The notes under the pieces are model-generated. The model did no database searches. It had not been told where the DNA came from and saw only the letters and a program-made list of their open reading frames with translations. Source: Aigarchaeota archaeon (GTDB lineage: Archaea > Thermoproteota > Nitrososphaeria_A > Caldarchaeales > Calditenuaceae). Taken from it: a DNA stretch of 64,000 bases. This document shows, piece by piece, positions 26,447 to 35,482 of this stretch. The DNA lies in NCBI GenBank assembly GCA_025059745.1, contig JANXDH010000004.1, positions 47,783 to 111,782 on the forward strand, read 5' to 3'. Both the position numbers and the translations under genes were made by a program. Numbering within the stretch: the first letter of the stretch is position 1; the number at the start of each line of letters is the position of its first letter.

Positions 26447-29400
26447 AGGAGAACCGCTCACCGATCTATCCGAGGAACACCTATGGACCATCGCGGAGAG
26501 CGCGATAGAGGACGGGTTCGTGTCACACCACTTCAGGTCTTACGAGTACTTCATCAGATACGGACTGGCCGAGCTGGTGAAGAGCCTCAGTCCCCAAGAG
26601 ATCAAGACCAAGTACGGGACCTTGGTCCTAAAGTTCGAGGACGTCTCGATCGGTTCGCCGAGGATCGTTGAGGTCGACGGGATGGTCAGAGAGAACATCA
26701 CACCGAGCGAGTGCAGACTCAGGAACCTGACCTATGAGGCACCGATCTACGTAAAGATGAGTCTCATCATTGACGGTAGAGTGATAGTACCGAGCGAGAA
26801 GGTCCACATAGGCTCCATACCGGTGATGGTGAGGTCGTCTATCTGTCCGCTCTCCAAGTTGACAAAGGAGGACCTGATGCGTATAGGTGAGGATCCGCTC
26901 GATCCGGGAGGTTACTTCATAATTAACGGGTCGGAGAGGGTGATCGTTGCGATTGAAGACTTGGCACCGAACAGGACCCTGGTTACCATAAAGGAGGGTA
27001 ACGAGGGGGCCCCCCAGTACTCCGCGGTAGTCCTATCGTCCGTCTTTGGACGTCAGAGCAAGATCGAGCTCCTCTACAAGCCGGGAGGTGCAGTGAAGGC
27101 CTTCTTCTCGCGCATCTACAAAGGGATACCGGTGATAATACTCCTCAGGGCGTTGGGCATGACGCGTGATGAGAAGATTGTCAACTTGGTCTCAAACAGA
27201 CGTGACGTGCAGGAGCTTCTGGAGCAGTCATTCATAGAGGCTGAGGGTATAGAGACCCCTCAGGACGCGCTCCGTTACATCGGTAACAGGGTCGCTTTCG
27301 GATATGCAGAAGAATTCAGGGTGCAGAGGGCCGAACAGATGATAGACACTATGCTCCTACCTCACATCGGTACCACCAGTGATAGGGGGTGCAGGTACAA
27401 GAAGGCGGTATACCTCTGTGACATGCTGGGGAGGCTACTGGAGACGAGCGTAGGGCTGAGGAAACCCAGCGACAAGGACCACTACGCCAACAAGAGGCTC
27501 AAGCTGGCGGCGCCTCTGTTGATGGAACTATACAGGGTCGCGTTAACGAGGTTGTTACGTGACATAAAGTACCAGCTCGAGAGAGTCGTAGCTACCAGGC
27601 AACCGATCAACCTCTCCACGTTCGTGAGGTCCAACATACTCAACAACATAGTCAGGCACTCGTTCGCCACCGGTAACTGGCCGGGTGGGAGGGTCGGTGT
27701 AACGCAGCTACTCAACAGAACAAACTACCTCGCAACGATTAGTCACTTGAGAAGGGTACAGTCCCCACTGAGCAGGGGTCAGCCCCACTTCGAGGCTAGG
27801 GACCTGCACGGTACGCACTGGGGCAGAATATGTCCTGTCGAGACACCTGAGGGGAGCAACTCTGGGCTAGTGAAGAACCTCGCGTTCGGCGCGGACGTCA
27901 CGGTAACGCTCCCGTCTGGGGTGAAGAAAGACCTCAGGGAGAAGCTCTGGTCCTTGGGCGTGATCAGCACTGTGGTCACAGAAGAGGAGGGTAGGGGCGG
28001 TAAGAGAAGGACCTATAATACAAAGGTGTACGTCGACGGTGAGTTGGTAGGTTTCCACGAGAGGGGAGAGGAGCTCGTAAGGCAACTGAAGGAGGCCAGG
28101 AGGAACGGGGAGATAAGTCCTATGGTAAGCGTGTATTATGAGAAGTACGAGCACCTAACTGAGGTTGAGGTCTTCACCGATGAGGGACGCGTTACCCGAT
28201 CATTGATAATCGTAGAGAAGGGGGTCCCAAAGATTTCACTACAACTCGTCGAGACGGTGAAGGAGGGTACGACCAAGTTCAGGGACTTACTGGATATGGG
28301 GGTCATAGAGTACATCGATGCGTCAGAGGAGGAGAACTGCCTAGTCGCGCTCACACCCAAGAGCCTAACTCCGTCTCACACACACTTAGAGATATCACCG
28401 TTACTGATGTTCGGGGCGGTCGCCTCGATGATACCCTTCAGCGACCATAACCAGTCACCTAGGAACGTCTACGAGGCGGCAATGGCCAAGCAGGCGTTGG
28501 GAGTCCCCGCGCTCAATTTCAACCTAAGGACCGACTCTAGACTACACCTGCTCATACACCCACAGAAACCGATAGTTAACACGGTCACTACCAAGCTGAT
28601 CGGTATAGACAAGAGGCCCATAGGGCAGAACCTAGTGGTTGCGGTCATGACCGGTATGGGGTACAATATGGAGGACGCCATAGTACTCAATCAGGGTGCG
28701 GTGGCGCGCGGGGTCGGGTTATCGATGAGTTACAGGACGTATGAGGTGGAGGCCATGCAGTACAGGGGCGGTGAGAAGGACAGGATAATCATACCTGAGC
28801 CCGGCACAAGAGGTTACAAGGGTGAGCAGTACTATAGAGTACTCGACTCTGACGGGCTTGCACACATAGAGTCGGAGGTCAGTGGAGGTACCGTTATAGT
28901 GGGCATGATAAGCCCGCCCCGCTTCATGGAGGAGTACGTGAGGGCCTCGGCGAGAGAGATGGTCTGGCGCGACTCATCGGAGACCGTTAGACCGTCGGAG
29001 GCGGGGGTCGTGGACAACATCTGGATAAGCAGGAACGAGGATGGGAACAAGCTAGTCAAGGCGAGGGTGAGGAGCCTTTGTTTTGCGGAGATAGGGGACA
29101 AGTTCGCGTCAAGGCACGGTCAGAAGGGGGTCGTAGGCATGCTCATCCCTCACGAGGACATGCCATATACCGCGAGCGGGATAGTACCCGACTTGATCAT
29201 CAACCCTCACGCGTTCCCTTCGAGAATGACCGTCGGTCAGCTGATAGAGAGCCTTGCGGGCAAGGTCGGCTCAGTAAAGGCCACGGACGTAGACGGGACG
29301 CCCTTCATAGGAAAGAGCCTCGATGAGTTGAGGAGCGAGCTGGAGGCCCTGGGCTTCAGGAGTGGCGGCACAGAGGTCATGTACGACGGCCTTACGGGGA

Positions 29401-29837
29401 GGAGGTTCGAGGTCGAGGTCTACGTTGGGGTGGTGTACTATCAGAGGCTGCACCACATAGTGAGAGACAAGATACACGCTCGGTCCCGTGGTCAGGTACA
29501 GCTCCTCACCAGGCAACCGACTGAGGGGCGGTCGCGCGGTGGGGGTTTGAAGTTCGGTGAGATGGAGAGGGACTGTCTGATCGCCTACGGTGCGAGTTAC
29601 CTCTTACTCGATAGGTTGTTGGAGCAGAGCGATAGGTATACGGTATACTTCTGTCAGAAGTGCGGTCTCCCCGCATACAATGATCTCAGACAGGAGAAGA
29701 TATTGTGCCCAGTACACGGTAAGGAGGGGGAGGTCAGGCCGGTGACACTCTCTTACGCCTTCTACCTGTTGTTGAATGAGCTCATCTCGATGGGCATCTA
29801 TCCTAAGGTAGTGTTAGAGGAGATGGAGGGGAGCTGA
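26433..29837 (+). CDS. rpoB: DNA-directed RNA polymerase subunit B (unsplit)
   Basis: 1134 aa with full-length Rpb2-like motifs (GYFIINGSERV, SRGQPHFEARDLH.THWGRICP.ETPEG, GDKFASRHGQKG, GEMERDC, C-terminal Zn ribbon CQKCG). The GTG start overlaps the rpoH end. Confidence 0.95.
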   Translation: MQRDKGEPLTDLSEEHLWTIAESAIEDGFVSHHFRSYEYFIRYGLAELVKSLSPQEIKTKYGTLVLKFEDVSIGSPRIVEVDGMVRENITPSECRLRNLTYEAPIYVKMSLIIDGRVIVPSEKVHIGSIPVMVRSSICPLSKLTKEDLMRIGEDPLDPGGYFIINGSERVIVAIEDLAPNRTLVTIKEGNEGAPQYSAVVLSSVFGRQSKIELLYKPGGAVKAFFSRIYKGIPVIILLRALGMTRDEKIVNLVSNRRDVQELLEQSFIEAEGIETPQDALRYIGNRVAFGYAEEFRVQRAEQMIDTMLLPHIGTTSDRGCRYKKAVYLCDMLGRLLETSVGLRKPSDKDHYANKRLKLAAPLLMELYRVALTRLLRDIKYQLERVVATRQPINLSTFVRSNILNNIVRHSFATGNWPGGRVGVTQLLNRTNYLATISHLRRVQSPLSRGQPHFEARDLHGTHWGRICPVETPEGSNSGLVKNLAFGADVTVTLPSGVKKDLREKLWSLGVISTVVTEEEGRGGKRRTYNTKVYVDGELVGFHERGEELVRQLKEARRNGEISPMVSVYYEKYEHLTEVEVFTDEGRVTRSLIIVEKGVPKISLQLVETVKEGTTKFRDLLDMGVIEYIDASEEENCLVALTPKSLTPSHTHLEISPLLMFGAVASMIPFSDHNQSPRNVYEAAMAKQALGVPALNFNLRTDSRLHLLIHPQKPIVNTVTTKLIGIDKRPIGQNLVVAVMTGMGYNMEDAIVLNQGAVARGVGLSMSYRTYEVEAMQYRGGEKDRIIIPEPGTRGYKGEQYYRVLDSDGLAHIESEVSGGTVIVGMISPPRFMEEYVRASAREMVWRDSSETVRPSEAGVVDNIWISRNEDGNKLVKARVRSLCFAEIGDKFASRHGQKGVVGMLIPHEDMPYTASGIVPDLIINPHAFPSRMTVGQLIESLAGKVGSVKATDVDGTPFIGKSLDELRSELEALGFRSGGTEVMYDGLTGRRFEVEVYVGVVYYQRLHHIVRDKIHARSRGQVQLLTRQPTEGRSRGGGLKFGEMERDCLIAYGASYLLLDRLLEQSDRYTVYFCQKCGLPAYNDLRQEKILCPVHGKEGEVRPVTLSYAFYLLLNELISMGIYPKVVLEEMEGS

Positions 29838-29838
29838 G

Positions 29839-32800
29839 TTGATAAAGGGAGAGGTAGCTGCGGTCAAGTTCGGTATAATGTCCCCGGATCTGATAAGGAA
29901 GATGTCAGTCGCCGAGATACAGAACCCGGACACTTATGATGAGGACGGCGCTCCCATACCCACCGGAGTGATGGATCCGAGGTTAGGGACGTTAGAACCG
30001 GGTCAGCGCTGCAAGACGTGTGGTAACACCTACCTCTCGTGTCCGGGACACTTCGGTCACATCGAGTTACCTGTGCCCGTGATTCACATAGGGTTCGTAA
30101 AGATAATCCATGAGTTGCTCAGGGCCACTTGCAGGGCGTGCGGCCGGATACTCCTCAAGGACAGTAGGATAGAGCACTACAGGAGGGTGCTCGACGAGCT
30201 GAGGGCCGGGACGAAGTTCTTCAGACATATATACTTCAAGATCAAGGCGGAGGCATTTGCCACAAACTCCTGTCCCCATTGCGGTGAGAAGCAGTATAAG
30301 TTTGAACTCGAGAAGCCCTCGACGTTCATCGAGCAGACTCCTCAGGGCCCGGTCAGACTGAGTGCGAGTGCCGTAAGACAGAGGCTTGAGAGGATACCGA
30401 ATGAAGATCTAGTGCTCCTTGATATAGATCCTGAGTCCGCGCGTCCTGAGTGGATGGTCCTCACGGTCCTACCGGTCCCGCCGGTCTACGTGCGTCCCTC
30501 AATAACGTTGGAGACGGGGTACCGCTCTGAGGACGACCTGACGCATAAGCTGGTCGACATACTTAGGATGACACAACGACTCCGCGAGAGCATAAACGCT
30601 GGAGCTCCTTCGCCCGTGATAGCGGAGCTATCGGACCTACTCCAGTACCACGTGACTACCTACATCAACAACGAGACGGTCGGGATAGCTCCCGCACAGC
30701 ACAGGTCCGGGAGGGTCCTGAAGACTCTGGCCCAGAGACTGAAGGGAAAGGAGGGGAGGTTCAGGCTCAATCTATCTGGGAAGAGGGTGGACTTCTCAGC
30801 GAGGACGGTCATATCGCCCGACCCGAACATAGAGATCGATGAGGTTGGAGTGCCGCTCGAGATCGCGATGCAGCTCACTGTCCAGGAGGCGGTGACTCCC
30901 TGGAACATCGAGAAGCTGAGGAGGATGGTACTGAACGGACCGGACAGTTATCCCGGAGCAAAGTACGTGGTCAGACCGGACAAGAAGATGGTGAGGTTGC
31001 GGTTCGTGCAGGACCTAACCGAGCTGGCGAACTCCCTAGAGCCCGGGTGGATAGTTGAACGTCACCTCATGGACGGGGACATAGTACTATTCAACAGACA
31101 GCCGAGCCTCCACAGGGTCTCTATAATGGCCCACCGCGTCAAAGTCCTGCCTTACAAGACGTTCAGACTGAACTTGGCCGTATGTACGCCGTACAACGCC
31201 GATTTCGACGGTGACGAGATGAACCTCCACGTCCCGCAGAGCGAGGAGTCCAAGGCGGAGGCCAGGCTGCTGTTGCAGGTCCAGAACAACGTGATATCGC
31301 CCAGGTACGGCGCACCGATAATAGGCGCCATCAGGGACTTCCTCACGTCCCTTTATCTCCTCACGAAGGACGGGACCTTGCTCAAGAAAGATGACCTGAG
31401 CTACCTTCTGGCCTCGATAAAGTACGACGGTGAGCTACCCGAACCGGAAGTGAAGTCCCCTGAGCCCCTCTGGAGCGGAAAGCAGGTCTTCAGCATGGTC
31501 CTGCCGAAGGGGTTGAACCACGTAGTCTCCGCGAACTTCAACCCAGACGACAAGGTGGTCATAAGGGACGGTAAGCTGATCAGGGGGTACGCGGACAAGG
31601 CTACGGTCGGTATAGAGAAGCCCAACAGCCTCCTCCACAAGATAGCGAAGGAGTACGGATCTGAGGTCACGGCCAAGTTCCTGAACTCTACGATAAAGTT
31701 GGCCAACACGTACATCAACCTACGTGGTTTCACCACGGGCATAACGGACCTGATCATTCCCGAGTCGGTATACGAGGAGATAAGAGAGGTCTTCTCGGAG
31801 ATGTGGAAGAAGTATGAGAGACTGAGAGACGACTACGTGAAGGGACGAATCGTCGCTAGGCCTGGAGAAACTGTCGAACAGGCTTTTGAGTCAGAGATAC
31901 TCGAGATACTCTCGTCGACGAGGGATGAGGTGGGCTCGAAGATACGCGCGCACATAACTCCCAGCAACCAAGTCTTGATAATGGCGAAGACCGGGGCGCG
32001 CGGCAGTACCCTCAACATAGACCAGATGATCGCCGTCGTCGGTCAACAGGCGGTCAGGAGGGAGAGGCCGTACAGAGGGTTCATCAACAGAGTCCTACCG
32101 TTCTTCTCAAGGGGTGATCTATCACCAACCGCGAAGGGGTTCGTGTACAGCTCTTTCATCAAGGGTCTCAACCCAATAGAGTTCTTCTTCCACATGATGG
32201 GTGGCCGGGACGGGTTGGTGGACACCGCAGTGAGGACGCAGCAGAGCGGCTACATGCAACGCCGACTTATAAACGCCCTAGAGTCGCTTTACGTGGAGTT
32301 CGATAAATCGGTCAGGACCTCCGATGACAAGTCGATAGTTCAGTTCCTCTACGGCGAGGACGGTGTAGATCCCTCAAAGAGTTATCACGGCCGTCCGTTC
32401 TCATTGAGGTCTGTGATCGAGTCGGTCCTTCCATCCGGTAAGCACACATCACACCAAGAGGCACCTCCTGAGTTTGTGGGTGCAATTGCGAGGAAGTACG
32501 AGGGCCTGATGCCTCCGAGATACCTTACCATGTTGATGACGGAGGTCCAAGAGTCCAAGGTCCCTGCAGAGCTTGTAGAGCGCGTCTTCGAGGAGGGGTA
32601 CAGGAGGTATCTGAACAGTCTGGTCGAGGTGGCCGATCCTGTGGGCGTAATAGCGGCCCAGTCTTTAGGTGAGCCGGGTACACAGCTGACCCTCAGGACC
32701 TTCCACTTCGCCGGCGTGAGGGAGCAGAGCATACTGTTGGGGCTCCCCAGACTGATCGAGATCATCGACGCCAGAAGGGTCCCGTCAACTCCCACCATGA

Positions 32801-33639
32801 CGGTAACTCTCAAGGAGCCCTACTCGAAGGATCTTAAACTCGCGCGCCAAGTAGCCAGAAGGTTACAATACACCACGTTGGGAGAGTTCGTGGGTGAGGT
32901 AAGGATCGACCTAAGGAGTGGTCATCTGCTGTTCAAGCTCGACTTGGAACTCGTAAGGGAGCACGGAGTCTCTGTGACGGAGATCACCAGGATCTTCAAG
33001 AATTACCAGGCTAAGTTCGAGGAGGGGATGCTGATGGTCAAGGTCCCAGAGGATGTAGACCTGCACAGCACTGAGTTCACGAACAAGATCCTCAATACTA
33101 AGATAAAGGGCATCAGGAGGGTGAAGAGGGCGATGGTAAAGAAGGAGGGTGAGGAGTACGTCATCGTAACGGAGGGGAGTAACCTTAAGGACCTCTTGGA
33201 CGTCAAGGAGGTAGACTTCTCGAGAGTGAAGACCAACGACATTCATGAGGTCGCATCGGTATTAGGTATAGAGGCCGCCCGTAGGGTCATAGTCGAGGAG
33301 ATAGCCAGCGTCCTGAAGGAACAGGGTTTAGACGTCGATATCCGCCACATACTGTTGCTCGCCGATATGATGACGGTGAGAGGGGAGGTTAGGCAGATAG
33401 GTAGGCACGGGATAGTGAGGCTGAAGGAGAGCGTCCTAGCGAGGGCCGCCTTCGAGGTCAGCGTCCAGACCTTGATAGAGGCCGCGGCGAGGGGAGAACA
33501 GGATTACCTGAGGGGGAACGTCGAGAGGATACTTATAGGCAGGGAGATACCTGTAGGGACCGGGAGGGTTACGTTGCTCATGACTTATCCGCGGCTCTCC
33601 AATAACGCAATTGGAGGAGGTAATCAAGTTGGACATTAG
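29839..33639 (+). CDS. rpoA: DNA-directed RNA polymerase subunit A, unsplit (A' and A'' parts in one ORF)
   Basis: 1266 aa. It contains the zinc clamp CKTCG..CPGHFGHIEL, the catalytic YNADFDGDEMNLHVPQS, the bridge helix region, and the A''-type trigger loop AAQSLGEPGTQLTLRTFHFAGV, all in one continuous frame. The TTG start lies 1 nt after the rpoB stop. Confidence 0.9.
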   Translation: MIKGEVAAVKFGIMSPDLIRKMSVAEIQNPDTYDEDGAPIPTGVMDPRLGTLEPGQRCKTCGNTYLSCPGHFGHIELPVPVIHIGFVKIIHELLRATCRACGRILLKDSRIEHYRRVLDELRAGTKFFRHIYFKIKAEAFATNSCPHCGEKQYKFELEKPSTFIEQTPQGPVRLSASAVRQRLERIPNEDLVLLDIDPESARPEWMVLTVLPVPPVYVRPSITLETGYRSEDDLTHKLVDILRMTQRLRESINAGAPSPVIAELSDLLQYHVTTYINNETVGIAPAQHRSGRVLKTLAQRLKGKEGRFRLNLSGKRVDFSARTVISPDPNIEIDEVGVPLEIAMQLTVQEAVTPWNIEKLRRMVLNGPDSYPGAKYVVRPDKKMVRLRFVQDLTELANSLEPGWIVERHLMDGDIVLFNRQPSLHRVSIMAHRVKVLPYKTFRLNLAVCTPYNADFDGDEMNLHVPQSEESKAEARLLLQVQNNVISPRYGAPIIGAIRDFLTSLYLLTKDGTLLKKDDLSYLLASIKYDGELPEPEVKSPEPLWSGKQVFSMVLPKGLNHVVSANFNPDDKVVIRDGKLIRGYADKATVGIEKPNSLLHKIAKEYGSEVTAKFLNSTIKLANTYINLRGFTTGITDLIIPESVYEEIREVFSEMWKKYERLRDDYVKGRIVARPGETVEQAFESEILEILSSTRDEVGSKIRAHITPSNQVLIMAKTGARGSTLNIDQMIAVVGQQAVRRERPYRGFINRVLPFFSRGDLSPTAKGFVYSSFIKGLNPIEFFFHMMGGRDGLVDTAVRTQQSGYMQRRLINALESLYVEFDKSVRTSDDKSIVQFLYGEDGVDPSKSYHGRPFSLRSVIESVLPSGKHTSHQEAPPEFVGAIARKYEGLMPPRYLTMLMTEVQESKVPAELVERVFEEGYRRYLNSLVEVADPVGVIAAQSLGEPGTQLTLRTFHFAGVREQSILLGLPRLIEIIDARRVPSTPTMTVTLKEPYSKDLKLARQVARRLQYTTLGEFVGEVRIDLRSGHLLFKLDLELVREHGVSVTEITRIFKNYQAKFEEGMLMVKVPEDVDLHSTEFTNKILNTKIKGIRRVKRAMVKKEGEEYVIVTEGSNLKDLLDVKEVDFSRVKTNDIHEVASVLGIEAARRVIVEEIASVLKEQGLDVDIRHILLLADMMTVRGEVRQIGRHGIVRLKESVLARAAFEVSVQTLIEAAARGEQDYLRGNVERILIGREIPVGTGRVTLLMTYPRLSNNAIGGGNQVGH

Positions 33640-33931
33640 AAAGGAGCTCGAGGTCGTAAGAAGGACCGGTAAGGTGATCGTCGGAGGTCGTCAGGTCTAC
33701 CTCTCCGCACTCAACAGGAAGGCGAAGTTGGTCATACTGGCCAGAAATTGTCCAGAGGATTTCAGGAGGCGTATAAAGGTCATCGCCAGAATTAACAATA
33801 TAAAGATCATCGACTCGGAGATAGAGGGCAGGGAGGTCGGTCTGGCGCTCGGTAAACCGTTCAGCACCACCGCTGTGGCGGTGATAGATCCGGGTAGCTC
33901 TTCCTTGGTGGGTGAGGAGGGAGTTGAGTGA
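33611..33931 (+). CDS. rpl30e: 50S ribosomal protein L30e
   Basis: It contains GKVIVGGRQVYLSALNRKAKLVILARNCPEDF...GLALGKPFSTTAVAVIDPG. The start is either TTG 33611 or TTG 33629, and both overlap the rpoA end. Confidence 0.85.
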   Translation: MEEVIKLDIRKELEVVRRTGKVIVGGRQVYLSALNRKAKLVILARNCPEDFRRRIKVIARINNIKIIDSEIEGREVGLALGKPFSTTAVAVIDPGSSSLVGEEGVE

Positions 33932-34358
33932 GCAGGAGATCAAGATGACCGACAAGGAGCTCAGGTACATCGCGCTATTCTCGACCATCACTGGCGCCGA
34001 CGTGGTAGACTGCGTGGAGACCGATAACTATCTCGTATTCGTGGTGAGCAAGGGTCACCTGACCAAGGCACTCGGAAAGGGGGGATCGAAGACGAAGAAC
34101 CTCGCAAACCTCTTCAAGAAGAGGATAAAGATCATTGAGTACTCTGACGACGTCGTAGAGTTCGTCACCAACGCACTTAGACCTGTTAGGGTGGAGGAGG
34201 TGAAGTTAGCTCAGCGGGACGACGGTAAGGTGATAGTCGTTGCACGCGTCCACCCTGAGGAGAAGGGGAAGACGATAGGGAAGGGCGGTAAGAACATAAC
34301 GGCCCTGAAGGCCATCATCAACCGCCATCACAGGTTGGACTCGATAATTATTGAGTGA
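33912..34358 (+). CDS. nusA: archaeal NusA-like transcription termination/antitermination protein (two KH domains)
   Basis: 148 aa with two KH GxxG motifs (LGKGGSKTKNL and IGKGGKNITAL). It sits in the conserved position after rpl30e. Confidence 0.85.
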   Translation: MRRELSEQEIKMTDKELRYIALFSTITGADVVDCVETDNYLVFVVSKGHLTKALGKGGSKTKNLANLFKKRIKIIEYSDDVVEFVTNALRPVRVEEVKLAQRDDGKVIVVARVHPEEKGKTIGKGGKNITALKAIINRHHRLDSIIIE

Positions 34359-34928
34359 TCAGGGCCTGTAGGTTATAAGGTTCTTCTCGTTCAGCTCCTT
34401 GGAGAGTACTTTTATCGCCTCGTACACCTCGTTCTCGTGCTTGGCCCCGGTGCAGACGAGCTTGCCGCTGGCGAACATCAATATCACTACTTTGGGGTTG
34501 TTCATCCTGTAGATCAGACCGGGGAACTGCTCGGGCTCGTACATAACGTTCTCAAGCCTCTGCGCGGCCTGTTCGAGGTTTATCTTGCCCTGTAGGTCGA
34601 TGCTTGCCACTATGTTCTGGACCTCTATGATGGGCTCCTCCCTTATCAGAAAGTTCTCCTTCTTGAGTAGTTTGACCACGGTCTTAACGGCCCTCACGGC
34701 GTCCTCCTCGCTCTTCGCTCCCGTGCAGACCATCTTTCCGCTACTGAAGATCAGGGTCGCGGTGCGTGGCTTGGTGAGTCTGAAGACCAGCCCCGGGAAC
34801 TGGGCGGGTTTGTACTCGACCTCAGGGAAGGTGTTCTGGATGGCGTGTAGGTCAAGTCTCTGATTTAGCGTGACTGATGCGACCACGTTCTGTATCTCTA
34901 TCTTGGGCTCGGGTTGCTGATGAAGCAT
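34359..34928 (-). CDS. tbp: TATA-box binding protein
   Basis: 189 aa with two direct repeats (IQNVVASVTL...YKPAQFPGLVFRL..P..ATLIFSSGKMVCTGAKS and IVASIDL...YEPEQFPGLIYRM..PKVVILMFASGKLVCTGAK). Confidence 0.95.
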   Translation of the reverse strand: MLHQQPEPKIEIQNVVASVTLNQRLDLHAIQNTFPEVEYKPAQFPGLVFRLTKPRTATLIFSSGKMVCTGAKSEEDAVRAVKTVVKLLKKENFLIREEPIIEVQNIVASIDLQGKINLEQAAQRLENVMYEPEQFPGLIYRMNNPKVVILMFASGKLVCTGAKHENEVYEAIKVLSKELNEKNLITYRP

Positions 34929-34941
34929 GATATTTAAGCGA

Positions 34942-34964
34942 TATATAAAGCCCTATATAAAGCC
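34942..34964 (-). promoter_or_regulatory. tandemly duplicated TATA element upstream of tbp
   Basis: TATATAAAGCC occurs twice (34942-34952 and 34954-34964). On the tbp strand this reads GGCTTTATATA. It lies 14-36 nt upstream of the tbp ATG (34928), consistent with a leaderless or short-leader mRNA. Confidence 0.45.
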
Positions 34965-35032
34965 TTTAGAGAGGTATACCCGCCTACATCCGAAAAGAGT
35001 AATATTTTACAGAGCAGACGTAACACCAATAG

Positions 35033-35461
35033 ATGGGTAACGGCGAGTTCTCAGCGAGGTCGTTGAGGAAGGGGCGGAAGAGACTGAGATGGAGCAAGAG
35101 AGAATATAAGAACAGGATGCTGGGTTTGAAGAAGCTCACCGACCCGCTCGAGGGGTCACCCATGGCGAGGGGCATAGTAATTGAGAAGAAGGGTGTGGAG
35201 TCGAGACAGCCGAACAGCGCTGTCAGGAAGTGCGTCCGCGTCCAGCTCATAAAGAACGGAAAGGTGGTCACCGCTTTTACGCCCGGAGACGGGGCGCTCA
35301 ACATGATAGACGAGCACGACGAGGTGATAATACAGGGCATAGGTGGTACTTTAGGGAAGAGTTACGGCGACCTGCCAGGTGTCCGTTACGAGGTAGTCTC
35401 GGTCAACGGGGTTCCGTTGAAGCTGCTGATAGTAGGAAAAGTGAAGAAGCCCAGACGTTAG
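35033..35461 (+). CDS. rps12: 30S ribosomal protein S12 (uS12)
   Basis: 142 aa. It contains [37 protein letters not shown]...[13 protein letters not shown]. Confidence 0.95.
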   Translation: MGNGEFSARSLRKGRKRLRWSKREYKNRMLGLKKLTDPLEGSPMARGIVIEKKGVESRQPNSAVRKCVRVQLIKNGKVVTAFTPGDGALNMIDEHDEVIIQGIGGTLGKSYGDLPGVRYEVVSVNGVPLKLLIVGKVKKPRR

Positions 35462-35482
35462 CTCTCCTGAGAAGACTGAACT

